Source: Octopus sinensis
Lineage: Eukaryota
DNA: 64,000 nt
Assembly (NCBI RefSeq): GCF_006345805.1
Contig: NC_043006.1
Location: 62,001 to 126,000 of the forward strand
Direction of reading: 5' to 3'
How positions within the stretch are numbered: position 1 is the stretch's first letter; each line of letters begins with the position of its first letter. Positions 23,645 through 35,646 of this stretch are shown in pieces. The translations under genes were made by a program, and so were the position numbers. The notes beneath the pieces are model-generated. The model had not been told where the DNA came from, did no database searches, and was given only the letters and a program-made list of their open reading frames with translations.

Positions 23645-23862
23645 TATTTCTTTATTGCCCACAGGGAGCTAAACATAGAGACAAACAAGGACATACAAAG
23701 GGATTAAGTTGATTACATCGACTCCAGTGTGTAACTGGTACTTATTTAATCGACCCCGAAATAATGAAAGGCAAAGTCGACCTCGGCGGAATTTGAACTC
23801 AGAACGTAACGGCAGACGAAATAGCGCTAAGCATTTTGCCTCGCGTGCTAACGATTCTGCCG
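23645..23862 (-). mobile_element. SINE family C, tail type a
   Basis: Core as in other family C copies; tail reads gctccctgtgggcaataaagaaata on -. Confidence 0.85.
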
Positions 23863-24039
23863 TCGTATGGTGGTTCTAACTGATCACTTGATACACGTAT
23901 TGTCTGTCAGTGATAAACCAGCGGTTACGACAACGGGTATTTAGATGTGCGATCAACGTGAATTACCGTCTCATTGAATTTGTGTTGAAGTTTCTGAACG
24001 TTCCAAAGACACGCGTATTTTTAATGCAATTCTCTGGAG

Positions 24040-24258
24040 CAGTGGTTTTCAACCAGGGTTCCGCGGAACCTCAGGGTTCCGCCAGTACAGTCCAGGGGTT
24101 CCTCAAGAAGTTACAAAACTGCTAAAATCGGCAGTAATTTATAATTCTCCTGTGCAGATATGTGTGCATAAGACTATTAAATTATTGCACAGGGGTTCCT
24201 CGGGCCAGTGGAATGTTTCCTTGGGGTTCCGCTCCAGCAAAAAGGTTGAAAAGCACTG
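24040..24258. mobile_element. hAT-superfamily MITE with 8-bp TSD
   Basis: TIRs cagtggttttcaacc / ggttgaaaagcactg; TSD ctctggag at 24032-39 and 24259-66; repeated subterminal gggttcc motifs. Confidence 0.92.
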
Positions 24259-25046
24259 CTCTGGAGGAATCGGCATAACAGTGTGTTATCATCCATCAGA
24301 CGATCTTTCTGCACAGTTTTCGTTCACACGTTTGTATTCACAAGGCTTGCGGCGTCGATACTCAGTCAATGAGACTTGACCAAATATTTGACCAAGATAC
24401 CAGGCTGTAAGATAAAACCTGAGAACCTGCGAGAACTTCTTAGCAATTCGGTCGAAATTACAAAATACCTAAGTAAACTTGTACTCATTGATGATAGAAC
24501 TAGAAATATTCTAATAGGCGCCTGTAATATACATACCGTACGTTATAGAATGAAATACGCTGGTACATCTGCAAAGTGTCTGAGTAAACCGTGTATATTC
24601 AACTCTCCATCAATTGCATCAACGATGTAAACAAACAGCATGTGGCGCCATAAACCCCACGCAGGCAACTGCGAACCTGTTCGTCCGCTACAGATGGAGC
24701 TACTCACTTTCCATCGTATTCAGTTTCTAAATATTACAGCTGAAAATATTTTATCCCCATGGCTCCACCAACAAAAAGAATGAAATAGGACTCGGTTCGA
24801 TAAAGACAACGACGAGGAATTTATAGTTAGAAGCGAAAGTAAATATCATCCGCCAAAAGGTAGAAATATAGAACTCGATTTAATTTCTGTAATTCCATAC
24901 GAATTTGTACCAAAACATGAAATACGTTATTATTTCAGTACAAGAGAATGGGAAAACGCTGGTGCATTGAAAAGCGATTGAAACCTGCTGACAGAAGAAG
25001 CCAACATGCGAAAGAGTACGAGAGTTGTGATGGAAATGCACTCGCT

Positions 25047-25251
25047 TTATTCTTTTACTTGTTTCAGTCATTTGACTGTGGCCTTGCTGGAGCACCGCCT
25101 TTAGTCGAGCAAGTCGACCACAGGACATATTCTTTGTAAGCCTAGTACTTATTCTATCGGTCTCTTTTGCCGGACCGCTAAGTTACGGGGACGTAAACAC
25201 ACCAGCATCGATTGTCAAGCGATGTTGGGCGGACAAACACAGACACACAAT

Positions 25252-25308
<57 letters not shown>

Positions 25309-25494
25309 ATACGTATATATACATATATACGATGGGCTTCTTTCAGTTTCCGTCTACCAAATCCACTCACAAGGCTTTGGTCAGCCCGAGGCTATAGTAG
25401 AAGACACTTGCCCAAGATGCCACGCAGTGGAAATGAACCCGGAATTATGTGGTTCATAAGCAAGCTACTTACCGCACAGCCACTCCTACGCCTA
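25047..25494 (-). mobile_element. tRNA-derived SINE family A, full length
   Basis: On -, head aggcgtaggagtggctgtgcggtaagtagcttgc..B-box-like ggttcatttcc, internal (CA)n, tail gcggtgctccagcaaggccacagtcaaatgactgaaacaagtaaaag. Confidence 0.9.
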
Positions 25495-25721
25495 TATATA
25501 CAGAAAAAAATACAAAAGCTCAACTTTCTGGTCAATTTATACCAAAAAGGTATAATTGATAAAAAGAATGCGACTATGTAACCAGTTTTAAATGCAAAAC
25601 GTAATTTCTATGGATTACCAAAAATCTACAAATGTTATATATATAAATGATTTTAAATTAATACCAATAATACCAAGTCTGTGTTATGAAACTAATCAAC
25701 TGAGTAATTTTTTTTTTAATC

Positions 25722-26090
25722 TTTTACCTGTTTTAGTCATTAGACTCCGACCATGCTGGGGCACCGCCTTAAAGAACTTTTAGTCGAATGAATCGGCCCC
25801 GGTACTTATATTTTTTTTAAAAAACCAGGTACTTTTTTTCTGTTTGTTTCTTTAGCCGAACTACTAAGTTGCAGGGATGTAAGAATACAAACACCGGTGG
25901 GGCGCACGCACACTCACTCACCCATACGACGGGCCTTTTGAGTTTTCGTCTACCACAAATCCACTCACACGGCTTTAATCGACCCGAGGCTGTTGTAGAA
26001 GACACTTACGCAAGGTGCCTCGCAGTGGAACTGAACCTGGAACTGTATGTTTGAGAAGCAAGCTTCTTACCGCTCAGCCTCGGCTGCTCT
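25722..26090 (-). mobile_element. SINE family A, diverged copy
   Basis: Colinear with 25047-25494 but with many substitutions. Confidence 0.75.
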
Positions 26091-26567
26091 TACTTTAGGC
26101 ATATTATTGAAATCCTATTTGAAGTATACACAGAACTACATACGAAACGAATGGATAAGTTAAATCGCCCTCCGTTTAAGCAAATAAAAACCGTCATTGT
26201 TTGGTTTGGTGTGATTCCCTTGTACATAAATATATCACAGGAATTCGGAACAGAAGCCATTCATCTTTGGATTAATAAACGTCTTCGTGAATCGTCAAAC
26301 GACATTGAAAAAAACTTTTTTTATTGATGGAGCGCGATTTGTTTTATTTAAAATAACATTTTTAAATAGTTTTGACCAAGCAGTCTATAGAAAAAAAAGA
26401 CAAAATAGAATAGTCTCAATATGTATAAATTTAGTGATGGGGTGGGGTCTTGAGATAAAAATGTGGAAAATCCAGGTAAAAATATCAAAACCAGTTTTAC
26501 GATTATTTGAAAGAAAATTGCAGAAGATATTTAAATGATTGTTTTATTTTATGGAAAGAAATAATAT

Positions 26568-26812
26568 TGGTTTCAAATTTTGGCACAAAGCCAGCAATTT
26601 AGGGGATGGAGATAGTCGATTACATCGACCCCCAGTGCTCAACTGGTACTTGTTTTATCCACCCCGAAAGGATGGAAAGCAAAGTTAATCTCGGAGGAAC
26701 TTAGACCGTAAAGATGGACGAAATGCCGGTAATTGGTTTCAAACTTTGGCACAAAGCCAGCAAATTGGATTAGGGGGTAAGTAGGTTACATCGACCTCAG
26801 TGCTCAACGAAT
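26568..26812 (-). mobile_element. Two tandem SINE family C fragments (tail b)
   Basis: ttggtttcaaa.tttggcacaaagccagcaa occurs twice, each followed by ttacatcgac..cagtgctcaac. Confidence 0.75.
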
Positions 26813-27544
26813 GCCGCTAAACATAAATAATATTAACAATTGCCTATCCAGTTTGCTATGGAATACAGGAATTATAAATCATTCCTTTTAGATATATCGA
26901 TTTTTTAAATCGTGAATTAGGATTGAGACAGATTAAACGCATGGCAATATTTACTTTTTAGTCTATGCTATTCGAAACACGCAGTGTAGAAAAGAGAATA
27001 TGTATCATCCGAACACCCAAATGTAAAGACTGAAGAAACTAAAGCATAATTAATTGAAACACATTATTGGCCATCGTTAATTGGTGAATGGAAAAGAGAG
27101 AGGGCAGAGGTGTGTGATATCAGTAAGTTATGAAATGTAAAGATCAAAATAGAAACAAATGTTTCACGGTTGATTCGATATCGTAGCTGACGAAGCATAA
27201 CGATGCAGTAACGCATGCGACCAACGATCCGAATACGTCGTTTATAGCTCAATGATGTGATTTCTCACAAATTGTCTTTGAGGAGTATTTCCACAGCGAC
27301 AGGTCTTCCCACATCCGAGGGTAGACAAACGTGCTAAATATGATTGTTCACACACACACACACATACACACACACACACACACACACTCCCTCTTTCCTC
27401 CTTCATCCCCCTCCTCACCTTCCTTCTCCCCTATCGTCTCCTCTTCCCCCTTCTCCTCCCCCTCTTCTTCCCCTCCCCTTCTCTCCCCCCTCTTCTCCCC
27501 CTCCCCCTCTTCTCCTCACTACACCACATGACTTTACACATCAC

Positions 27545-27895
27545 ATCACATATGATGTGCCATACTAATACACACACCAACTAATACATACTAATACGTA
27601 CTAATACATACTAGTACATACTAATACTTACACCAACCCTATACATACACACGTCCAGACCCCGCATACGCACTTATACTCTCTCACACACACACACACA
27701 CACCTATACATACCAATACGTACTAATACATACTAATACATACTAATACATACACCAACCCCATACATACGCACGTCCAGACCAATCTTACGCACTAATA
27801 CTCTCTCATACACACACACACACACACACACACCCTTATACATACTAATACATACACCAACCCTATACATACACACATCCAGACCCCTCCCACGC
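27545..27895. repeat. Minisatellite of catactaata units within a ~100-120-bp higher-order repeat
   Basis: (catactaata)n runs, each followed by a caccaaccc.atacatac.cac.tccagac block; three blocks in total. Confidence 0.8.
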
Positions 27896-28070
27896 ACTTT
27901 TAGCTGGTCCCTCAACCCTTTTATCAACCCTATTATCTCCCCTTATTTCGCTCTCGCGTCTCATGTTTGATCTTTGACCTCTGGCGGAAATCAAATCGCC
28001 ATGTTGATTCGTTAGCTACTGCACGCATTTTTTTTCTCTCCTTCTTTCTGTGTTTTTCTCTCTCTGTGTA

Positions 28071-28108
28071 TCTTTCTGTTGAAGAGCGTAGGCTCGAAAC
28101 GTTAAAGA
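28071..28108 (+). ncRNA. Minimal type-I hammerhead-like motif, variant core CUGUUGA, in a Penelope-like terminal repeat (~27960-28205)
   Basis: tcttt CTGTTGA a gagc gtag gctc GAAA cg TT aaaga: 5-bp stem I, 4-bp stem II, and an ACGU palindrome in place of stem III. Confidence 0.6.
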
Positions 28109-28205
28109 CTTGTTTTATTTATATTTCCTGAGCGCCATACTAATACAATTGTTCGTTTGTTTTCCACCTGCCTTCGTCTTTTGTTTATTTTCATAAAGCT
28201 TCCCG

Positions 28206-28254
<49 letters not shown>

Positions 28255-28395
28255 AAAACTAAAAAGGAGGATTACCCAATACTTTTTTAGCAGAGTACTT
28301 TTTAAACATTTTGATGAGTAGATATTAAACTTTCACAATCAAATGTTTTGGCCTGGTTACCTTCGTCAGATAGTCAACCGTTTCCTTGTACAAGT

Positions 28396-28426
<31 letters not shown>

Positions 28427-28462
28427 GTCTGTGTCTGTGTAAGTGAGTGTGTGTGTGGGTGT

Positions 28463-28498
<36 letters not shown>

Positions 28499-29104
28499 GG
28501 CAGTAGACGAGCGAACGTATGCGTTCGTTCTCGTTTTGTGTTGTAATATAGCCTCAGGTCAGATCTGAATGTGTAGACCCATGGTACGCAGGGAATCACA
28601 TATATTGTTGACCCTCAGATATATCACACTTCCACCTTGCTGAAGATCATACAGCACACTCCCAGGTAGTGATGAATCGAATGCAGTGAAATACGACACC
28701 TACGGTACTATGTGTGTATACGCTGTATATACATGTGTGCGTATGTGTTGCGCGTGGGTATTACGCCGCTCACTCGTTGACAGGTTCCGCAAAATGAGGC
28801 CCTCAATCCAGCAAGTAATGAACATCACTTAACGAATACATGAGTCGTTACGTGATCTGCTTCATGAACAGATAGTGCAATAATCGGTCAGGATTGTTGT
28901 GTAGCGTACGGCTGACGGTCTGACACTGGTTCCGGCTCAATGAGCAATTGGGACACTAAGAATGATTTGACCTAAGATCATTTGTTGAAACCGAAACAAT
29001 TCATTCGCAGAAGAATCATCCGAATCATTTAAAAATATAGAAAAAAAAAGAAGAAGAAAAGAAAGAAACGGTTGCATTTCCTTTCATTTACGATTTAATA
29101 ATGA

Positions 29105-29464
29105 TTTCGAATTTTGGCACAATGCCAGCAGTCTTAGGGTAGGAGTAAGTCGATTATATCGACTACAGAGTTCAATTGGAACTTATTTTATCGATTTCGA
29201 AAGGATGAAAGGCAAAGCCAACTTCAGTAGTATTTGAACTCCGAAGGTAAAGACAGACAAAATGGTCAGCTAAGCAGTTTGTCCGGAGTGCTAATGATTC
29301 TGCCAGCTCGCCGCCTTTAGCACGCGGGACGAAATACTTAGTGGGTTTTCGTCTGCCGTTACGTTCTGAGTTCAAATTCCGCCGAAGTCGACTTTGCCTT
29401 TCATCCTTTCGGGGGTTGATTAAATAAGTACCAGTTACGCACTGGAGTCGGTGTAATCGACTTA
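29105..29464. mobile_element. Head-to-head SINE family C pair; the + copy is split and resumes at 30377-30440
   Basis: A - copy with tail b at 29105-29322. The + copy ends gtaatcgactta and continues taatcacttgtctgtccttgtttgtcccctctatg after the inserted transposon. Confidence 0.8.
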
Positions 29465-30376
29465 CCGTAAATCCTCGTGTATAGCCCGCCCTTGAGTTTA
29501 ATACGCAGGGGATTTTTAGGGGGCTGTACCTCTGAAAAACCTAAACCGCGTGTATAATACGCACCTCTTCTCTAACTTGAGTCAAGGAGGTCTATATAAC
29601 GTCCTTGGTTTGTAAAAATATGTACGGTAACGTCCTTTATTATTATTGTATATATAACATAATGCAAACATGTAGCTTTTTTGTGCATTTTGTTTGCAGA
29701 AAATAAAGAAATAACAGTAATAACGTTTAATAAATGTTGCTTACTGCAAGTTATGGATGATTCTTTTATGACTTCATTGCTTTCAGGCTTAGCTTAAGGT
29801 ATTTTCGCGCCCTACAACACAAAATGCGTCTGAATAAATATTGCCGGACAGCAAATAGAGACTCGGACATTGCTTAGAAAATAATTTTCATTTTTAACCT
29901 CGTAGGCGCAGGAGTGGTTGTGTGGTAAGTAGCTTGCTAACCAACCACATGGTTCCGGGTTTAGTTCCACTGCGTGGAATCTTGGGCAAGTGCCTTCTGC
30001 TATAGCCCCGGGCCGACCAATGCCTTGTGAGTGGATTTGGTAGACCGAAACTGAAAGAAGACTGTAGTATATATGTATATATGTATAAGTGTGTATGTAT
30101 ATGTTTGTGTGTCTGTGTTTGTCCCCCTAGCATTGCTTGACAACCGATGCTGGTGTGTTTACGTCCCCGTCACTTAGCGGTTCGGCAAAAGAGACCGATA
30201 GAATAAGTACTGGGCTTACAAAGAATAAGTCCCGGGGTCGATTTGCTCGACTAAAGGCGGTGCTCCAGTCAAATGACTGAAACAAGTAAAAGAGTAAAAG
30301 AGTATATAGTACGCACTAGGGATTTTGATCTTTAAATTTTGGGGAAAAAATGCGGATTATACACGAGCATTTTCGG
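29465..30376. mobile_element. Non-autonomous pogo/Tc2-like DNA transposon with TA TSD
   Basis: Imperfect TIRs ccgtaaatcctcgtgtatagcccgc / gcggattatacacgagcattttcgg with TA on both sides. Superfamily assignment is inferred. Confidence 0.75.
29903..30304 (+). mobile_element. SINE family A nested in the DNA transposon
   Basis: Full head taggcgcaggagtggttgtgtggtaag through tail aaatgactgaaacaagtaaaagagtaaaagagta. Confidence 0.9.
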
Positions 30377-30726
30377 TAATCACTTGTCTGTCCTTGTTTG
30401 TCCCCTCTATGTTTATCCTACTGTGGTCAAAAAAGAAATATATGATAGCTTATACAATTCTTTGAAGTGAAATTTGGTGAGTGATCAAGACACAGAACTA
30501 CAGCTATACAAGATGCTTTCTCAAGGCGAATACCGCAGTTTTGTGGCTTTCTAACGGTATATCCGCATTACGATATACACGAACAATACGTGTATGTGTG
30601 TGTGCGTACGCGTGTGTATCTCAATCTGTTACTATTCTTACTTTTGAACTGGCTACAATGATTGTAGATATATTTAGAAGTGGATTACGAAACCACGCGT
30701 GTGTGTATACATGTGTGTGTGTGTGT

Positions 30727-30790
<64 letters not shown>

Positions 30791-30798
30791 GATATATA

Positions 30799-31845
30799 CT
30801 AGCAGAGATACCCGGCGTTGCCCGGTTACATACAATTGAAGAATTAGACTTTTCTGTTATATTTTCTGAATGAACTGGAATATCTATGTTTCGAATTTCA
30901 TCAAAATTGCAGATAAAGGTTATTTCCCTCTTTACACACCCTAAAAAAATTGTAATCGTGCCACATGGAAACCAAAAGACGAATGATCACAATAAGCAGT
31001 CAGTTACCCTACCCTAGTGGTTACCACTCAGAATGTAGGATTCCTCACCATCCAGGTGACAGGCACAGCCGTAAGATGCATTACGAATCTATAGCAATTG
31101 GAAGGGCGTGACCCAACTGAAATCAACATTAACAACTGTGTGACGTGAGGACTTAGGAAAAATTAAAGTGTCACCTCTGGAGTTTGCAAATGACCACTAT
31201 ACTGATACGTAACTGGACAGCATGAATTTAAAATCTATAAAAGTCTTTGAATAACCAGTCACTCATCTGGGAAGGCCTTGTAATCAATGTTACCATCTGG
31301 GGACTATGTGTGACCGAGTGATAATAAAAAGATTGAAAGGAGGTCTGCAATCAAATAACTTCACTCAACACTTTGCAACTGAATCAGTGGAGGCAAAGAT
31401 GCTTCTCATTTACTTGACAATTTATGCAGCACATTGCAGAAATAACAATGTAAGTGTATGTCAAAGCAAACTGTTACACTGTTGTACCATTGAATTAGAA
31501 ATAATGCCCAACTTTTATGCTCGGGTAACCCTACAGCTTCCAAGAGCACAACTGTATTCGTTTTTGCTTAGATAAAATGACAAAATTGTGGATGTTAAGT
31601 CCCCATGGAGGGGTCTTTCTAACTTTGTAAGAAGATGAAATTTTATAAATATTACTTCACTTGCGTCTAATATCTATGGTTAAAATTTCATCAACACCAA
31701 AAATATATGAATTGTCATGGGGGTTATGGCCCTTATGCTTGGAATATAATTTCCAAATTTCATAAAGATCCATTCAGTACTTTTGATCTAGTTTTGGATC
31801 ATAAAAGAAATGACTAAAATTTGGGAGTTAAGGCTCCCATTCGGG
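30799..31845 (-). mobile_element. Helitron-like element (3' end clear, 5' extent uncertain)
   Basis: ctagcagagatacccggcgttgcccgg is a CTAG end with hairpin, similar to the other Helitron family. The internal 1 kb is not confidently assigned. Confidence 0.4.
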
Positions 31846-31847
31846 TG

Positions 31848-31958
<111 letters not shown>

Positions 31959-32242
31959 TAGATAGATAGATATACACACGCACACAAAGATAAATTGATA
32001 GATACAACTAAGTGGGCAAACAAAAATATGAGACACAGCCTAGTGCTTTTTTATGTTGATAAGCCTAGTACTTATTCTATTAGTTTGTTCTTGTGAAACC
32101 ATTAAGTTTTGTGGATGTAAATAAATGAACAGCAGTTGTGAAGCAGTGATGAGGGCGAAACACAGACACAAAGACACACACATACACTTACATATATACA
32201 TATATATACGATTGATTTGTTTCAGTTCCTGTCTACGAAATC

Positions 32243-34984
32243 CACATATATTGTTGTTAGCATCCTTTTTGTCTCAGGAGACAATGGAGTTGCGCATAAA
32301 ATAATCTAGTCCGGCTTTTACATTTCATGTCCTAATACATCTCCTGCTGTGGCTGTGTAGTCCTATCCTGGAGAAACACTCCCCCTGGCAGGTGCCGCAA
32401 TTGTAGCGAAGACTTTGCCTGGCTGGTTGTAATGTCATACTTTCTTGTTGACGTCTTTTCTTGTCTTTCCATTTCTCCCTTCCCTCTATGTCACTCCTTT
32501 GTGTTCCCTCTTTTACGGTACGTCGCCAATCTCCACGGTTGCTGGCAACTGCTTCCCAGTTGGTAATATTGATGTTGCAGGCATTCATGTCCCTTTTGCA
32601 AACATCCTTGTATCGTAAGAACGGTCTTCCCACAGACCTAGTGTCCCTAGCAAGCTCTCCGTTGAGTATGTTCTTGGGGATTCTGCCATCTTCCATGCGG
32701 CTAACATGTCCAAGCCATCTCATACGTCTTTGTGTGAGGAGTGCAAACATGCTTGGTATTCCTGCTTGCTTGAGGACATCTTTGTTGGGGATATGATTCT
32801 GCCATTTGATGCGAAGGAATTTCCGGGGGCGGCGCAGGTGAAAGATATTTAGGCGACGTATGGCGTCGTATGGCGTGTGTATGGCGTCCAAGTCTCACTT
32901 CCATACAGTAGAGTGCTAAGTACACATGCCTGGTAAATCTTCATTTTTGTGGTCTTGGTCAGCTTATTGTTGTCCCATGCCCGTTTGGAGAGTTGGGCCA
33001 TCACAGCAGCTGCCTTGCCAATACGTATATTGAGCTCAGTATCAAGGGATAGGTTGTAGGTGACGGTAGAGCCAAGATAGGTAAACTTCTCCACCTCCTG
33101 TAGTCTGTGGTCTCCAATATGTATGTTTGGGATGGTTAATGTAGCCTGACCCATGATGTTGGTCTTCTTGAGGCTGATAAATAAGCTATAGTTGCCACAT
33201 GCTTGCCCAAAACAGTTGATGAGCCTTTGTAGGGCTACTTCTGTGTGTGATACCAGAGCGGCATCATCAGCAAATAGCATCTCCTTGACCAGGACGCTTC
33301 TGATTTTGGTCTTGGCACGCAGACGCGAGAGATTGAACAGTTTCCCATCACTTCTACTTTGCAGAAACACTCCATCATCTGATGTCACAAAGGCATGTGA
33401 CAGCAGCAGCGAGAAGAAGATGCCAAATAATGTAGGAGCAAGGACACAACCTTGCTTTACACCATTTGTTATTTGGAAGGCGGCTGATGTTGAACCATTG
33501 TGCTGTATGGTGCCTTGCATATCATCATGGAAAGATGTGCTGATCCTCAGCAGCTTTGGTGGACATCCGATTTTTTGGAGCAGGATGAAGAGGCCTTTTC
33601 TACTTACCAAGTCAAAGGCCTTTGTCAGATCAATGAAGGCCATATATAATGGCATTCTCTGCTCTCTGGACTTCTCCTGAAGTTGGCGTATGGAGAGTAT
33701 CATATCGATAGTTGATCTGCTTCTTCTAAAGCCACACTGCGATTCTGGATAAATTCGAGAAGCAAGCAGTTGCAGCCTGGACGGGATAATGCGAGCAGAG
33801 GCCTTTCCAACAGTGCTTAGAAGAGATATTCCACGGTAATTGTTACAATCACCACGGTCACCTTTGTTTTTGTAAAGCGTAATGATGTTAGCATCCCGCA
33901 TATCCTGAGGGACTGTACCCTCTTCCCAGCACTGACACAGAAGCTCATGAATGTGTCGAAGCAGGATGATGTTTTTGCCGGTTTTGATTATCTCTAAGGG
34001 GGTGCCGTCTTTTCCCGGAGCCTTGTTACTTACTAGGGAGTCAATAGCCTTGGTGAGCTCTGCTATAGATGGCAGACTGTCAAGTTCACACATGACTGGC
34101 AAGATCTTGATACCCTCGATTGCAGTCTCAGCTACCGTGGTATCTCGTGAGTAGAGATCCTGGTAGTACTCCACCCATGTATCCATTTGCTTGCTTTGGT
34201 ACTTGATGAGATCCCCAGTAGTTGATTTCAAAGGGGCTGACTTGGTTGCGGATGGACCGAGGGCCTTCTTCAAACCGGCATACATCCCACGGGTGTCACC
34301 ACTGTCAGCAGCTGACTGGATACTCTGATAGATTTCCTGCCAATACCTATTTGCACAGCGTCTGGCAGTCAGTTGGGTTTTATTTTTTGCCTTTCTGAGT
34401 TCTTCGGGTGACTTTATAGAAGAATCACTCTTGTATTACATCAGAGCTGCACGCTTTGTTTCGATAACTGTTTCCAGCACTGAGAGCCCAGCACTGAACA
34501 AAATCTGGGTTTTGCCTTTCTCTCATGCCGAAAGGATCTATTGATGTGGTATACAAAGCTTCCCTGATATAATTTCACCTACTTTCAGCAGAGGTGGTTG
34601 GGCAGCTACTGAGGGCAACTTTGATAGAAACAGAAAAACATTGTCGCAGTGTAGTGTCGGAGGTTCTGGCAGTGTTAATGCGTAATCGGGCCATTTTCTT
34701 GGAGTGATGGACTTTTTATGCAGAATCCTCACCCTGCTTCTTATTAGTGAATGATCTGTGTCACAATCCGCGCTGTGGTAACTACGAGTCAGTTGAACAG
34801 AATTCAGAAAGGATCTTTGTGTAATGATGAGATCCAGCTGATGTCAGTGGTGAGATCTTGGATGTCTCCAAGATGCCTTGTGGGATGTCTTGTTGGCAAA
34901 GAATGTGTTAGTGATGCACAGGTTATGGTATGTGCAAAATTCAAGTAGTCTCTGGCCATTGTCATTCATGTTGCCAATACCAAA
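32243..34984 (-). mobile_element. RTE-clade LINE (partial APE plus RT), 5'-truncated, ~67-bp TSD, inserted in an old family A SINE
   Basis: ORFs 32849..34285 (NYRGISLLS, FIDLTKAFD, GVKQGCVLAP, LFADDAAL, LLYGSETW) and 32325..32891 (RWLGHVSRMEDGRIPK, C..C..C..RIGLHSH). APE fragment NDNGQRLLEFC..LCITNTFF..WRHPRS. The flanks 32176-32242 and 34985-35053 are duplicated. Confidence 0.93.
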
Positions 34985-35048
34985 ACACATACACTTACAT
35001 ATATACATACATATATATACGATCAATTTGTATCAGTTCCTGTCTGCG

Positions 35049-35146
<98 letters not shown>

Positions 35147-35646
35147 CATATATGCATACACATACATACTTATATATTTGGAATTTACAAAAGAAACGAA
35201 CAAAAGACGAAGACGGGTGTGTAAACAGCAAACAGGTTTATTAGTTTAACGCTCCGGACTTAGGAAAATTTATATAGGAAGTACTACTAATTTTAAAATT
35301 AGAAATAGGGGACACAAGAATTCATTTATTCACCCCTATATAAAAAAATTACAGACATTTTAGTATTTGTAAACATAAATATTTAGCGTCTTATAATTTT
35401 CTTAAACTTTAAAATATAATTTTTTAGAATATAAAAGCTTTTTGAAAACACGGTCCAATTAGATCATTAGATCCAATGAACACTTATGCACAAACCTGTA
35501 ATCTTAAATTATTTTTTTATAGTAGAGAATGGAATATTCCCATTGGCTATTATTTGCATGATTAACTAAAGTTAACCTTTCAATAAATTTCATTTCTTAT
35601 TTAAACGAGGCAATCCTCTTGAAAGTACTTCAGAAAATCTTCGATA

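Noticed and set aside
24640-24730. ANLFV motif reminiscent of Penelope RT
   Set aside because: Too short, with no flanking motifs recoverable.
30940-31560. Helitron helicase coding relic on -
   Set aside because: Only vague KAFPD/DWL resemblance; not supportable without a profile search.
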